Assembly (NCBI GenBank): GCA_046597605.1
Contig: JBKJKE010000237.1
Coordinates: 22,490-86,489, forward strand
Length of the DNA stretch: 64,000 nt
DNA from: Limisphaerales bacterium
GTDB lineage: Bacteria; Verrucomicrobiota; Verrucomicrobiia; Limisphaerales; JACDHS01
Reading direction: 5' to 3'
Shown: piece after piece, positions 29,699-38,580 of the stretch
Numbering within the stretch: position 1 is the first letter of the stretch
Layout: each line of letters starts with the position of its first letter
Position numbers and translations under genes: made by a program
The notes under the pieces: generated by a model
Databases searched by the model: none
The model's input: the letters and a program-made list of their open reading frames with translations, nothing else
Told to the model about the DNA's origin: nothing

Positions 29699-31399
29699 AT
29701 GAAACGAAAATTACTCACCGCAACGGCAGTCGCGTGCCTCGCACTATTCGGCACCTTGTCGAACACACAGGCGCAGACACTCACCCGTGGACCCTACCTC
29801 CAAAACGGAAGCAGCTCAGCTGTGTCCATCCGTTGGAAGACCAGCAGCAACGCCAGTAGCGTTGTGCGGTATGGCACAAGTTCAACAAGTCTGACGCAGT
29901 CAATGACAAACGCGACGTTGAAGACTTCTCATGAATTGCGGATCACCGGCCTAACCGCCAATACAAAGTATTTCTATTCGGTAGGAACCACCACCGCGAC
30001 TCTTGCAAGCGGCACTGGCTACTTTGTTGTTACCGCACCGACGACGGCGAGGCCGACTCGAATATGGGTGATTGGGGATGCTGGCACAGGCACTACGAAT
30101 CAAACCGCGGTTCGCAACGCTTACTACACCTATACCGGCACTCGTCATACCGACCTCTGGCTGATGCTGGGAGATAATGCCTACGACACCGGGACGGACG
30201 CTGAATATCAGAGCAACATGTTCAACGTGTATACGACCATGTTTCGCAAATCGGTACTCTGGGCAACACTCGGCAATCATGATGGTATGTCCGCCTCCTC
30301 GGCAACCCAGACCGGTCCCTACTATAGTATTCATACCTTTCCGAAAGCTGGCGAAGCGGGTGGCGTGGCTTCAGGCACAGAAGCTTATTACTCCTTCAAT
30401 TACGGAAACATTCATTTCGTCTGCCTCAATTCCTACGACGTGGATCGATCGAGCACCGGGACTATGGCGAATTGGCTGCGGAACGATCTCGCCAACAACA
30501 CCAAAGATTGGCTGATCGCCTTCTTTCATCATCCTCCCTACAGCAAAGGTTCGCATGACTCCGATGTGGACGTTGAAATGGTTCAAATGCGCGCGAACAT
30601 TCTCCCTATCCTCGAAGACAATGGTGTCGATCTCGTCCTTTCTGGTCACAGTCATTCTTACGAGCGATCCAAATTGCTGGATGGTCACTATGGTCTTTCC
30701 GGCACCCTGACTGCCGCCATGATCAAAAACAGTGGCAGCGGACGGGAAGATGGCACCGGTGCTTACATCAAATCTGCGGTCGGACCGCAACCGCACGAAG
30801 GTGCCGTTTATGCAGTGGCCGGGGCGTCGGGGAAAATCAGCGGCGGCACACTGAATCATCCCGCAATGTACGTCTCGATGAGTGTTCTCGGTTCGATGAT
30901 TGTCGATGTGGACCAGAATCGTCTCGATGCCAAATACCTGGACGACAAGGGAGTTGTGCGTGACTACTTCACCCTCGTCAAAGGCGGACTCAGTCGATCA
31001 ATCGTCACAGTGGATAACAGCAATGCCGGTTTTACCGTTGTAGGCGCCTGGTCTACTGGCACAGCCGCTACGGAAAAATTCGGTATCGATTATCGCTTTC
31101 GTAGCACGCAAGCAGTCAGTGAACCAGCCACATGGAGCGGCAACTTAACCGGTGGTGGGCTCTACGCAGTTCAAGCGTGGTGGAGCGCTGGTCCCAACCG
31201 ATCAACGACGACACCCTACATTGTTTACCATTCAGCCGGTTCGAGCACGTCCAACATGAACCAACAGGTGAATGGTGGAAAGTGGAACACTTTAGGTTCC
31301 TACAACTTCACTTCAGGTTTGAATGAAGTTAAAATGTCTTGCTGGACGACCACAGGTTTTGTGGTACTCGCCGATGCCGTGCGATGGGTCCCTCAATAG
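29699..31399 (+). CDS. secreted purple-acid-phosphatase-like metallophosphoesterase with a C-terminal about 130-aa putative carbohydrate-binding domain
   Basis: Signal peptide, then the metallophosphoesterase boxes GDAGTG, GDNAY, GNHD, FFHHPPYS and GHSHSYER. The C-terminal domain (31001-31396) is shared with two neighbouring proteins. Confidence 0.75.
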   Translation: MKRKLLTATAVACLALFGTLSNTQAQTLTRGPYLQNGSSSAVSIRWKTSSNASSVVRYGTSSTSLTQSMTNATLKTSHELRITGLTANTKYFYSVGTTTATLASGTGYFVVTAPTTARPTRIWVIGDAGTGTTNQTAVRNAYYTYTGTRHTDLWLMLGDNAYDTGTDAEYQSNMFNVYTTMFRKSVLWATLGNHDGMSASSATQTGPYYSIHTFPKAGEAGGVASGTEAYYSFNYGNIHFVCLNSYDVDRSSTGTMANWLRNDLANNTKDWLIAFFHHPPYSKGSHDSDVDVEMVQMRANILPILEDNGVDLVLSGHSHSYERSKLLDGHYGLSGTLTAAMIKNSGSGREDGTGAYIKSAVGPQPHEGAVYAVAGASGKISGGTLNHPAMYVSMSVLGSMIVDVDQNRLDAKYLDDKGVVRDYFTLVKGGLSRSIVTVDNSNAGFTVVGAWSTGTAATEKFGIDYRFRSTQAVSEPATWSGNLTGGGLYAVQAWWSAGPNRSTTTPYIVYHSAGSSTSNMNQQVNGGKWNTLGSYNFTSGLNEVKMSCWTTTGFVVLADAVRWVPQ

Positions 31400-31416
31400 A
31401 CTTTATATACAAACAC

Positions 31417-31452
31417 CCCCGGGCAACGTTTGTTGTCCGGGGTTTTGCTTTA
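31417..31452 (+). terminator. Rho-independent terminator
   Basis: CCCCGGGCAAC-GTTT-GTTGTCCGGGG (11-bp stem, one mismatch) followed by TTTTGCTTTAT. It lies 18 nt after the stop at 31399. Confidence 0.7.
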
Positions 31453-31486
31453 TGGCAGTCATATTCTGTCCCCACCAATCCACACT

Positions 31487-32329
31487 ATGAAGCGATTCAG
31501 CATTATCCTTCTAACTTCACTGTTTTGCCTCGTCACCATCAGCCGGGCCCTGGCGCATGGGGATTTACATGAGCAAATTCAGGAAGTCTCGAAGCTGCTC
31601 AAGAACGATCCCAGGAACGCGATGCTTTATCACAAACGGGGTGAACTGCATCGGGCTCACGCCGAATATCCCGAGGCACTGAAAGATTATGCAGAAGCCG
31701 AGAAGATTACCCCCTCGCTGGACGTCATTTTTCTTTCGCGAGGCCGTGCTCTTTACGAGTTTACAAAATTCAATGAGGCGTTGGGCCCGTTAAATACGTT
31801 TCTCTCCAGACAACCGGGACACGTTTCTGCGCGGTGGGTCCGCGGACAGGTATATGCCAGGTTGAATCAGCGGGAGGATGCTGAAGAAGACTTCCGGCAG
31901 GCGATCGAGTCGGGATCCGAGACATCGCCCGATCAGTTCATTGAGCGTTCGCAGAATCTGGGGCAAGCGGGCTACAATGAAAAAGCCCTGATAGTGATCA
32001 AAGAAGGCATCAAGCGGCTAGGCCCATTGATTACGCTCGAAATGGAAGCTTTGGAACTGGAACTGTCTCTAAAAGACCATGGTGCTGCCCACCAGCGGAT
32101 CGATGTCCTTTTGGAGAACGCAGAGCGAAAAGAAACCTATCTGGTTCGGAAAGCGGAAATTTTCGATCAAATGAATGACAAGCGTCAGTCGCAGGAATGG
32201 TATACGAAAGCCCTGAAAGCGATTGCAGAACTGCCCGAGCGTCAGAGAAATCTAAAAGCCACCTCAGCTCTGGAGAACAAAATTCGCATTCGCCTTACCG
32301 ATAAGGAACAAAAAGCACCTGCGCAATAA
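31487..32329 (+). CDS. secreted TPR-repeat protein
   Basis: Signal peptide MKRFSIILLTSLFCLVTISRALA followed by several TPR-like helical pairs. I moved the start to the ATG at 31487. Confidence 0.7.
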   Translation: MKRFSIILLTSLFCLVTISRALAHGDLHEQIQEVSKLLKNDPRNAMLYHKRGELHRAHAEYPEALKDYAEAEKITPSLDVIFLSRGRALYEFTKFNEALGPLNTFLSRQPGHVSARWVRGQVYARLNQREDAEEDFRQAIESGSETSPDQFIERSQNLGQAGYNEKALIVIKEGIKRLGPLITLEMEALELELSLKDHGAAHQRIDVLLENAERKETYLVRKAEIFDQMNDKRQSQEWYTKALKAIAELPERQRNLKATSALENKIRIRLTDKEQKAPAQ

Positions 32330-32401
32330 ATCAGCAGACCGTTTAACTGGAGCATTCCCCTGCTCGTTCTCGGGTATTCCTGCGCAGGTAAGAACGAGTC
32401 T

Positions 32402-32431
32402 GAGGTCGCTGCCCTGCCAGGCAGCGACCTC
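32402..32431. terminator. bidirectional hairpin between convergent genes
   Basis: Perfect 12-bp stem GAGGTCGCTGCC / GGCAGCGACCTC with a 6-nt loop, between the gene ends at 32329 (+) and 32460 (-). Confidence 0.55.
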
Positions 32432-32459
32432 GTTCGACTCAATCAGAATTGGCGGGTGC

Positions 32460-32915
32460 TCACTGCCATTTAATGGCATCAGCGACTACCACAAATCCGG
32501 CGGTGGTCCAGGGTGTTAACTTCACTTGATTTGTTCCGCTACCGAAGTTGAACGTTCCCAAGAGATTCCACTGGCCTCCGTTTATCTGCTGATTCTTCAC
32601 AACCGTTGTGGTTCCACCGGAATGGTAAATAAGATAGGTAGCTGTAGTCGTCCGATTAGCCCCAGCCGGCCACCATGCATACACCTGATAAACACCACCC
32701 GAATTGAACCCCGCGGCCCAAGTGGCAGGATCCGCTACCGGAGCGGTTGAACGATATCGGAAGGTGCCGCCGTATCCTCCGGTGCCGGTCAGCCAATTGG
32801 AGGAAGCCGAGAAGCCCTTGCTACTGTTATCCACAATGATTTGAGCGTGCCCCTCGGTAGACAGCCCAATGCAGATGCTCCCGAGAACTCCTAATGTGAA
32901 CAGAATTTTTTTCAT
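32460..32915 (-). CDS. secreted stand-alone copy of the about 130-aa domain found at the C-terminus of 29699..31399
   Basis: 151 aa: a signal peptide and then IIVDNSSKGF...VYQVYAWWPAGANRTTTATYLIYHSGG...NQQINGGQWNLLGTFNF...GFVVVADAIKWQ. It aligns residue for residue by eye with the phosphoesterase C-terminus. Confidence 0.6.
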   Translation of the reverse strand: MKKILFTLGVLGSICIGLSTEGHAQIIVDNSSKGFSASSNWLTGTGGYGGTFRYRSTAPVADPATWAAGFNSGGVYQVYAWWPAGANRTTTATYLIYHSGGTTTVVKNQQINGGQWNLLGTFNFGSGTNQVKLTPWTTAGFVVVADAIKWQ

Positions 32916-33235
32916 AGTAATGTGTTTTGAATGGTATCAAACCGAAGAGAGCCTGAAGGGATGCGAGACCTTCCGCTTTTAAGGAGTTATCCGTCAAGAT
33001 GAAACACTCAGGAGGAGGTCTCCTGGGAGATAAGTATCTGAAAACAGAAAACCGAAGCTAACCAGTTTTGCTCTCAAAAGCTTATTTGTTTTGATCTCGC
33101 GACGGGACGAAAGCGAGGTTTTCGGAAGCCCGTGCTTGAGCCCTCGTTGTTTGATTCATTAGACTCCTTTTGCAGACTTCGCTTTTCATCTGGCGAAATA
33201 GGACGCTAGTCTGTTTCCTCTGCCCTGCATTGAAA

Positions 33236-35764
33236 ATGATCATACGACTTCTCTCCGTGCTGATGTTCAGCTGTCTTTCCGCTCCTTGTTTTGCGGTCGC
33301 TGAGTTCCGTGAATCTCTATCCAATGGCGAGTATCCGCCCGCCATTTCCGGCGAAACATCGTGGGAAACCAACTTCGTGGGGGCCGCTCGTCAACCCGTC
33401 GGCAACCTGGCGAATCGAATCGTGTTCACAACAGGGGGACACGGGTGGACATGGAGTAGTAAAAAAGGCTGGTACACACAACGTGGCATCAGCCAGGAAA
33501 TGAACGAGGATTACGGAAACCTCGATCAACAAAATTCATTCGTTCCCTACGTGTTCAATGCTGGAGCAACCGTTGTCACTTTCCGACCCGTTGGACAACA
33601 GACAAATGAAGTCGTCCTGGACAACGACTCACATGGAGTGAGTTTTTCTGGAAACTGGTTCGCGAGCAATTCAGAGGTGTATTGGGGAAAGGCACATGCG
33701 GTACCCTATCTGTTCGCTCCCCTTTCCGCTTCGGAAACCGCTTCCGCGAGTTACACACCACACATACCAGCGGCCGGTTTTTACCCAGTCTATTGTTGGG
33801 CGAGACATGGGTGCGATCGCACGAGCCAATTGTACCGCATTCTACACACCGGCGGACAGACTCTGGTCCGCGTGCCCCATCACATGGTTGGGAATGGCTG
33901 GGTGTATCTCGGGACCTATTACTTCAATGCGGGCGAGCATCGCAGCAAGGGATCCGTCGTGATCAGCAATCTGCAACCATCGCCGGGCTTCGGGAGTGTC
34001 GCAGTCGCGGATGCGATCCGGTTTGGGAATGGCATGGGAGATTATCTTCCGAACGGCGGGACCATTTCCGGCTACCCACGTGAAGAGGAGGCTTCCCGCT
34101 ACTGGGTGGAACGAAGCTTTGGTCAGGGTCAAACAAACTTCCTGGCCGGTGACGACGGCGATCACCAGGGCCGCAATGTTGGCGCGCCCATTCGCATGGC
34201 GCGGGAAATGAACCGTGAATCCGAAGGCAACATGTACAAGCGGATTTATCTCGGGTTCCATTCCAATGCAGGAGGCGGTCGCGGGGTTACCGGATTATGG
34301 AACAACCCCGAACTATTCCCCGGCTCGAAAACGTTGAACCAGGAACGCTGGGCTGAACTACTCGCTTTCGAAGCTAATAACACGTTGACCAACCTCAGCA
34401 GCCCCCCCTTGGAAGTGCCCTGGTTTAATCGCACGCGCCTGACGTATGCACGAGACGATTATCCTTTTGGTGAGTTAAACGACCGTTACATCGGTGGAGA
34501 ATTCGATGCCACAATTCTCGAAGCGGCATTCCACGACAGTCAGGACGATGCCAAACTCCTGCGGGACCCGAAGGTGCGAGATATCCTGAGCCGTTCCAGC
34601 TACCAGGCGACGATCCGTTACATGAATGAGTTCGATGGCGTTCCGCTGGAATTCATTTCGGAACCTCCTCAAAATCCGCGCGCACGCATCACTGGTGATA
34701 CCGTGGTTGTAGGATGGGATCGCCCAAGAGATGTGAAGGCGAACACGCCGGATCACTACCTCGTCTACCAATCAAAGGATGGCTATGGATTCGGCAATCC
34801 GTTGCGAGTCGCTGCCACGGAGTCGTTTGTTCGCATTGAAGATCTCCCAAAAAACGAGACGTTTTACTTCCGGGTCACAGCCGTAAATCGTGGAGGCGAA
34901 TCGTTGCCTTCCGCGGTAGTCGGAGCGCGTCACACAGGTCGGAAGGATGCTCCGCGGATTCTGTTCGTAAATGGATTTACTCAGTTCGACCGTTTCAACA
35001 ATCCGAAGCAAACGATCGAGGCTACCAACTACGTTGCACTGAGTGCCTTTGGAAAAATGAATCGCGTGATACCTCGTTTAAATAACGCATTCGATTATGT
35101 GGTGCAGCACGGGGAAGCCCTGGAGAAAAAGAAAGTGAACTTTGACAGCTGCCAACGGGAAGCCATCTCCAGCGGGTTTATGAAGTTGGAGGATTACGAT
35201 TCGATCATCTGGGCGGCGGGACGCCAGCAGACAGGTTTATTCGATGGGAGCGAACATCGTGCTTTGTCAGACTTCACCCAAGCGGGTGGCAACTTCTTTC
35301 TTTCGGGTGCTTATCTTTCTGATCCCCTCGGATCAGATCTGAATGAAGAATCGCTCGTTCGCAATCTCCTGGCCTGCGGTGACTGTCCGAATCAATCCGT
35401 TACATCCAGTGACGTGCATTCTGAGCGCGAGTCAATCTTTCACGGGAACCAGTCGATAAGTTTTAGTGAAGGTCGTGAACAAAGTTACTTTCTGGCGAGC
35501 ACCCGGTCTTTGAGCCCGAACGCGAATGCGCGTGTGGCGATGCAATATGGAGACGGTTCCGGGATCGCGGCGTTGCAGCATGAAGATCCTTTTAGTGGCG
35601 GCAAAATGGTATATTTCGGCTTTCCTTTCGAAGCCATTTCCACATCCGAGAGGCGGGCTGAATACCTCTCCGACATTCTGCACTTCTTCGAGGGAAAGAA
35701 ACATAAGCGACTGGTGTCCCCACGACTGACTTCCATGGCAACTCCAGAACCTATTGCGTGGTGA
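33236..35764 (+). CDS. secreted multidomain protein: the same about 140-aa domain, an Amidase_3-like region and fibronectin type III
   Basis: Signal peptide MIIRLLSVLMFSCLSAPCFA. Domain copy at 33608-34033 (VVLDNDSHGVSF...FYPVYCWARHG...LYRILHTGG...VAVADAIRFG). IYLGFHSNAGGGRG resembles the MurNAc-L-Ala amidase box. FN3 segment YLVYQSKDGYGF...FYFRVTAVNRGGES. Confidence 0.6.
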   Translation: MIIRLLSVLMFSCLSAPCFAVAEFRESLSNGEYPPAISGETSWETNFVGAARQPVGNLANRIVFTTGGHGWTWSSKKGWYTQRGISQEMNEDYGNLDQQNSFVPYVFNAGATVVTFRPVGQQTNEVVLDNDSHGVSFSGNWFASNSEVYWGKAHAVPYLFAPLSASETASASYTPHIPAAGFYPVYCWARHGCDRTSQLYRILHTGGQTLVRVPHHMVGNGWVYLGTYYFNAGEHRSKGSVVISNLQPSPGFGSVAVADAIRFGNGMGDYLPNGGTISGYPREEEASRYWVERSFGQGQTNFLAGDDGDHQGRNVGAPIRMAREMNRESEGNMYKRIYLGFHSNAGGGRGVTGLWNNPELFPGSKTLNQERWAELLAFEANNTLTNLSSPPLEVPWFNRTRLTYARDDYPFGELNDRYIGGEFDATILEAAFHDSQDDAKLLRDPKVRDILSRSSYQATIRYMNEFDGVPLEFISEPPQNPRARITGDTVVVGWDRPRDVKANTPDHYLVYQSKDGYGFGNPLRVAATESFVRIEDLPKNETFYFRVTAVNRGGESLPSAVVGARHTGRKDAPRILFVNGFTQFDRFNNPKQTIEATNYVALSAFGKMNRVIPRLNNAFDYVVQHGEALEKKKVNFDSCQREAISSGFMKLEDYDSIIWAAGRQQTGLFDGSEHRALSDFTQAGGNFFLSGAYLSDPLGSDLNEESLVRNLLACGDCPNQSVTSSDVHSERESIFHGNQSISFSEGREQSYFLASTRSLSPNANARVAMQYGDGSGIAALQHEDPFSGGKMVYFGFPFEAISTSERRAEYLSDILHFFEGKKHKRLVSPRLTSMATPEPIAW

Positions 35765-35878
35765 CGATTGCACGACTGAACGTGTTCCTTTCCGTTGCGC
35801 TATAAGAACACTTTAGTGGGATTAGAGTTTCGCCACGAAGAAAACCAGACCGAAGGTTTTGCTCCTAATTGACCGAAT

Positions 35879-37534
35879 CTATTTTTTTTCCTCCGTTGTG
35901 ATTGCGGATTTGCGGGCGTTTCTGTTGCGAAAAAAGGATAGAAGGAACAGAAGCGCGGGAGAACAGCAGAGCAAGGTGAATAAGTTTCGGTGCTTTGCCT
36001 CCCGTAAATCCATCCACGAAAGCAGCTGGAAGAATTCCTTCGCCGCAGCATCGTTTGCATGCTGGGCAATCGCGCCCCCACCCAGGGCATAAGTCTTGGC
36101 GATTGCCATTCCTCCTTGTGCTGCCACCCATCCCGTTGCCAACCCACCTACTGCAATAACGCCGATGGCAGCACCGCCGACAGCGAATCCTCCAATGGCC
36201 ATGCCGCCGATCGCCAAAACACCTAGGGTGGCTCCCCCCAATGCAATCACTCCGACTGCTACACCACCCATGGCCAATCCCCCCACCGCGATTCCGCCGG
36301 CGGCGAACAGAATTCCAAAAGCGCGATCACCGATTGCAATCCAGCCGACTGCGGGCTTGGATTTACTTCCAATCCGGACACCGGCGCAGACGTGAATTAG
36401 CGGAACCCCGAAGAGTGCCAATTTGCTGCGATACTCTCGACCAGCTTTGCCGTCCAGCAATTCAGGTTCGTACATCTCCGGGTGGGCGGCCTTCTCCTGG
36501 GTCCGAATTGCATGGAATTGTCGGTTCGACTCGAAGGCAGACTTACAAATCCAGGTAAGGAATATCAGCGGCAAGCCTACTCCCATGAGTCCGAATAAAA
36601 TCGGGTGGTGTTTCCAGTGCCTCACCGCGAGGGAAATAAAGCAGAGAAGAAGAACGTTGAACACAACCCCGCCCAGAATCGCCTGCTTCGATGCCCTCGC
36701 TATAAACGCGCGTTCTCGGGGTGTGCGCGTGGATTTGAGTCCTGCGCGAATCCCAATGTAGCCGCCGAGAAGTCCGACCAGTGGCCCAATCAGGCCGGCG
36801 AATATTGCAACAATAGTTGCAGAACTCGCTACCACGCTCCCTTTCGCTGCCCCGGCGCCAATCGTTGCGGCGGTGGCGCTGGTCGCAAACACCGGCAATG
36901 AAGCCAACACTCCCGCGGTGAAGGCCCGTCCCGGTGTCGACCGCTTTAATGCACCTTCCACAAATGCAGTAACTTCATCCGCCAGCATCTTCCGTCCACG
37001 AGAGAGACGTTGCTTAACAGCATCTTCAGTAAGTTCGAGATGCTGGGCAACGCGCTCCACCGACTCCCCTTCCCTGTAAAATAAAATCAGCGGCTCACGA
37101 TAATTCGTCGGGATCTGTTCCAGCGAACGCCACAGAATAGCTTCCTCCTCTTCCCGAATAACCCCTTCCGCGGCCGATTTCTGATCTGACGGCAGTTCAG
37201 AAATTAGATCGATGGATTCGGCTTTGTGAACCGGCTGATGCTGCTGCCGTCGCACCGCGTTTGCGGTAAGATTGCGCGCAATACCGCAAAGCCAGGAACG
37301 CAGCTTATTCGCTTCGCGCAAGTGTTTCAGTTCACGCCAGGCTACCAGGAACGTTTCCTGCGCCAGATCTTCACTATCACTGAGGCTGCCGGTGGCATTA
37401 TAGGCCAATGAGCAGATGAGAGACTGGTATCGACGCACAATTTGAGCAAACGCGTCGCGGTCGCCGCGAACGCTCGCTGCAACCAGGACTTCATCATCGC
37501 AGGTGACACTCGGCATGGATCGTTCGAAAAGCAT
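35879..37534 (-). CDS. ECF-type sigma-70 factor fused to a multi-pass membrane C-terminal region
   Basis: Region 2 (DLAQETFLVAWRELKHL) and region 4 (REPLILFYREGESVERVAQHLELTEDAVKQRLSRGRKML) are followed by about 350 aa of TM helices and a glycine-rich decapeptide repeat. I moved the start from 37822 to M97 (ATG 37532-37534) or M103. Confidence 0.75.
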   Translation of the reverse strand: MLFERSMPSVTCDDEVLVAASVRGDRDAFAQIVRRYQSLICSLAYNATGSLSDSEDLAQETFLVAWRELKHLREANKLRSWLCGIARNLTANAVRRQQHQPVHKAESIDLISELPSDQKSAAEGVIREEEEAILWRSLEQIPTNYREPLILFYREGESVERVAQHLELTEDAVKQRLSRGRKMLADEVTAFVEGALKRSTPGRAFTAGVLASLPVFATSATAATIGAGAAKGSVVASSATIVAIFAGLIGPLVGLLGGYIGIRAGLKSTRTPRERAFIARASKQAILGGVVFNVLLLCFISLAVRHWKHHPILFGLMGVGLPLIFLTWICKSAFESNRQFHAIRTQEKAAHPEMYEPELLDGKAGREYRSKLALFGVPLIHVCAGVRIGSKSKPAVGWIAIGDRAFGILFAAGGIAVGGLAMGGVAVGVIALGGATLGVLAIGGMAIGGFAVGGAAIGVIAVGGLATGWVAAQGGMAIAKTYALGGGAIAQHANDAAAKEFFQLLSWMDLREAKHRNLFTLLCCSPALLFLLSFFRNRNARKSAITTEEKK

Positions 37535-37873
37535 AACACCGCATAAGTGTGCGAAACCAGCCTGAGGTGACAATGTGAAGATCCAAACACCATCTTTCTG
37601 ACCCGGTTCCAGGTGAATGAAACCGCATTCGATCCTGCAGATAAAGAAAAACCAGTGTCTGCGCTCCATCGTGTGGACACCTCCGCCAAGGCCTCCTTTT
37701 TGACGTCTCGCAGATGCTCTACTCCGTGTCAGAACCGTCTCCAAAACCTTAATCATAAGTAATCCACTCGTCTTACCTATGAAACCAGATCTGGAGCGCG
37801 TAAGTTGCGTCCAATAAGCCACTTACAACTACAGCAACCCCATATTTGCGGTCGTTTCCCCGGGGGGGACGGT

Positions 37874-38201
37874 CGTAAATATATTTTTACGCCCCCCGCC
37901 CCGTGGGAAATGACCGTAAATATATTTTTGTCGTCGTCGCCCGCGGGGGAAAGGACGTAAAAATATATTTACGACCTTTTCCCGCGGGGTGGACATCGTA
38001 AAAATATATTTACGTACTCCGCCCCAGGGGGAACGAGCGTAAAAACGTTTTTGCCTACTCCGCCCCGGGGGCGAAGACCGTAAAAATATATTTGCGATGT
38101 TTTCCCCGCGGGCGAAGACGATAAAAACGTTTTTACGACCGCCGCCCCGCGGGAAATGAGCGTAAAAATATTTTTATGCTCTTCGCCCCAGTTGAAAAAT
38201 G
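37874..38201. repeat. tandem array C: 8 diverged copies of a 41-bp unit (CGTAAAAATATATTTACG + N5-7 + CCCCGCGGGG-like + N)
   Basis: Unit starts at 37874, 37915, 37956, 37997, 38038, 38079, about 38120 and 38161. The two palindromic modules are conserved while the linkers diverge. Confidence 0.9.
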
Positions 38202-38361
38202 GCGATAAATCGGGCAAACTCTTCGCCTCTCCAAATGGCATCGTTTTGGCCGTTTAAGCTTTAATGACCGATTGGCAGCGATTGGAAACGAGTTTGAAAA
38301 GAAATCCACCGAAGAACGAGACAGCCGACGTCAATTGAGCAAAGAAAACTTAAAGATGCCC

Positions 38362-38409
38362 TTATAAAAAGATGACCGGCTCCAGATGCAACCAATCACC
38401 TGGAACCGG
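38362..38409 (-). terminator. Rho-independent terminator of the sulfatase-FGE operon
   Basis: On the minus strand: CCGGUUCCAG...CUGGAGCCGG (10 bp including one G-U pair), a 14-nt loop, then UCAUCUUUUUAU. Confidence 0.6.
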
Positions 38410-38580
38410 TCGGTCTTATCCCCCCAAACAACAGGATTAACTTATAAAGTACGGTCAAAGGTTTCAATCAGGGCGCTACTGCTTCTACCCTCCCCTATTC
38501 CCCTGATGCGAATTGTACTATTTAAGCAAATATCCAATGGGAAACAACCCTGACAACGAATATCGCCCTCCGCTTCGCCA

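Noticed and set aside
36096-36395. A proline/alanine-rich 99-aa ORF on the plus strand (PPTAITPMAAPPTANPP...).
   Set aside because: It is the mirror image of the glycine/alanine decapeptide repeat of the sigma-factor gene on the minus strand, so it is a shadow ORF.
37535-37822. The N-terminal 96-aa extension of the ECF sigma ORF given by the track (start 37822).
   Set aside because: The extension has no sigma homology. Sigma region 2 begins shortly after M97/M103, so an internal ATG (37534 or 37516) is the more plausible start.
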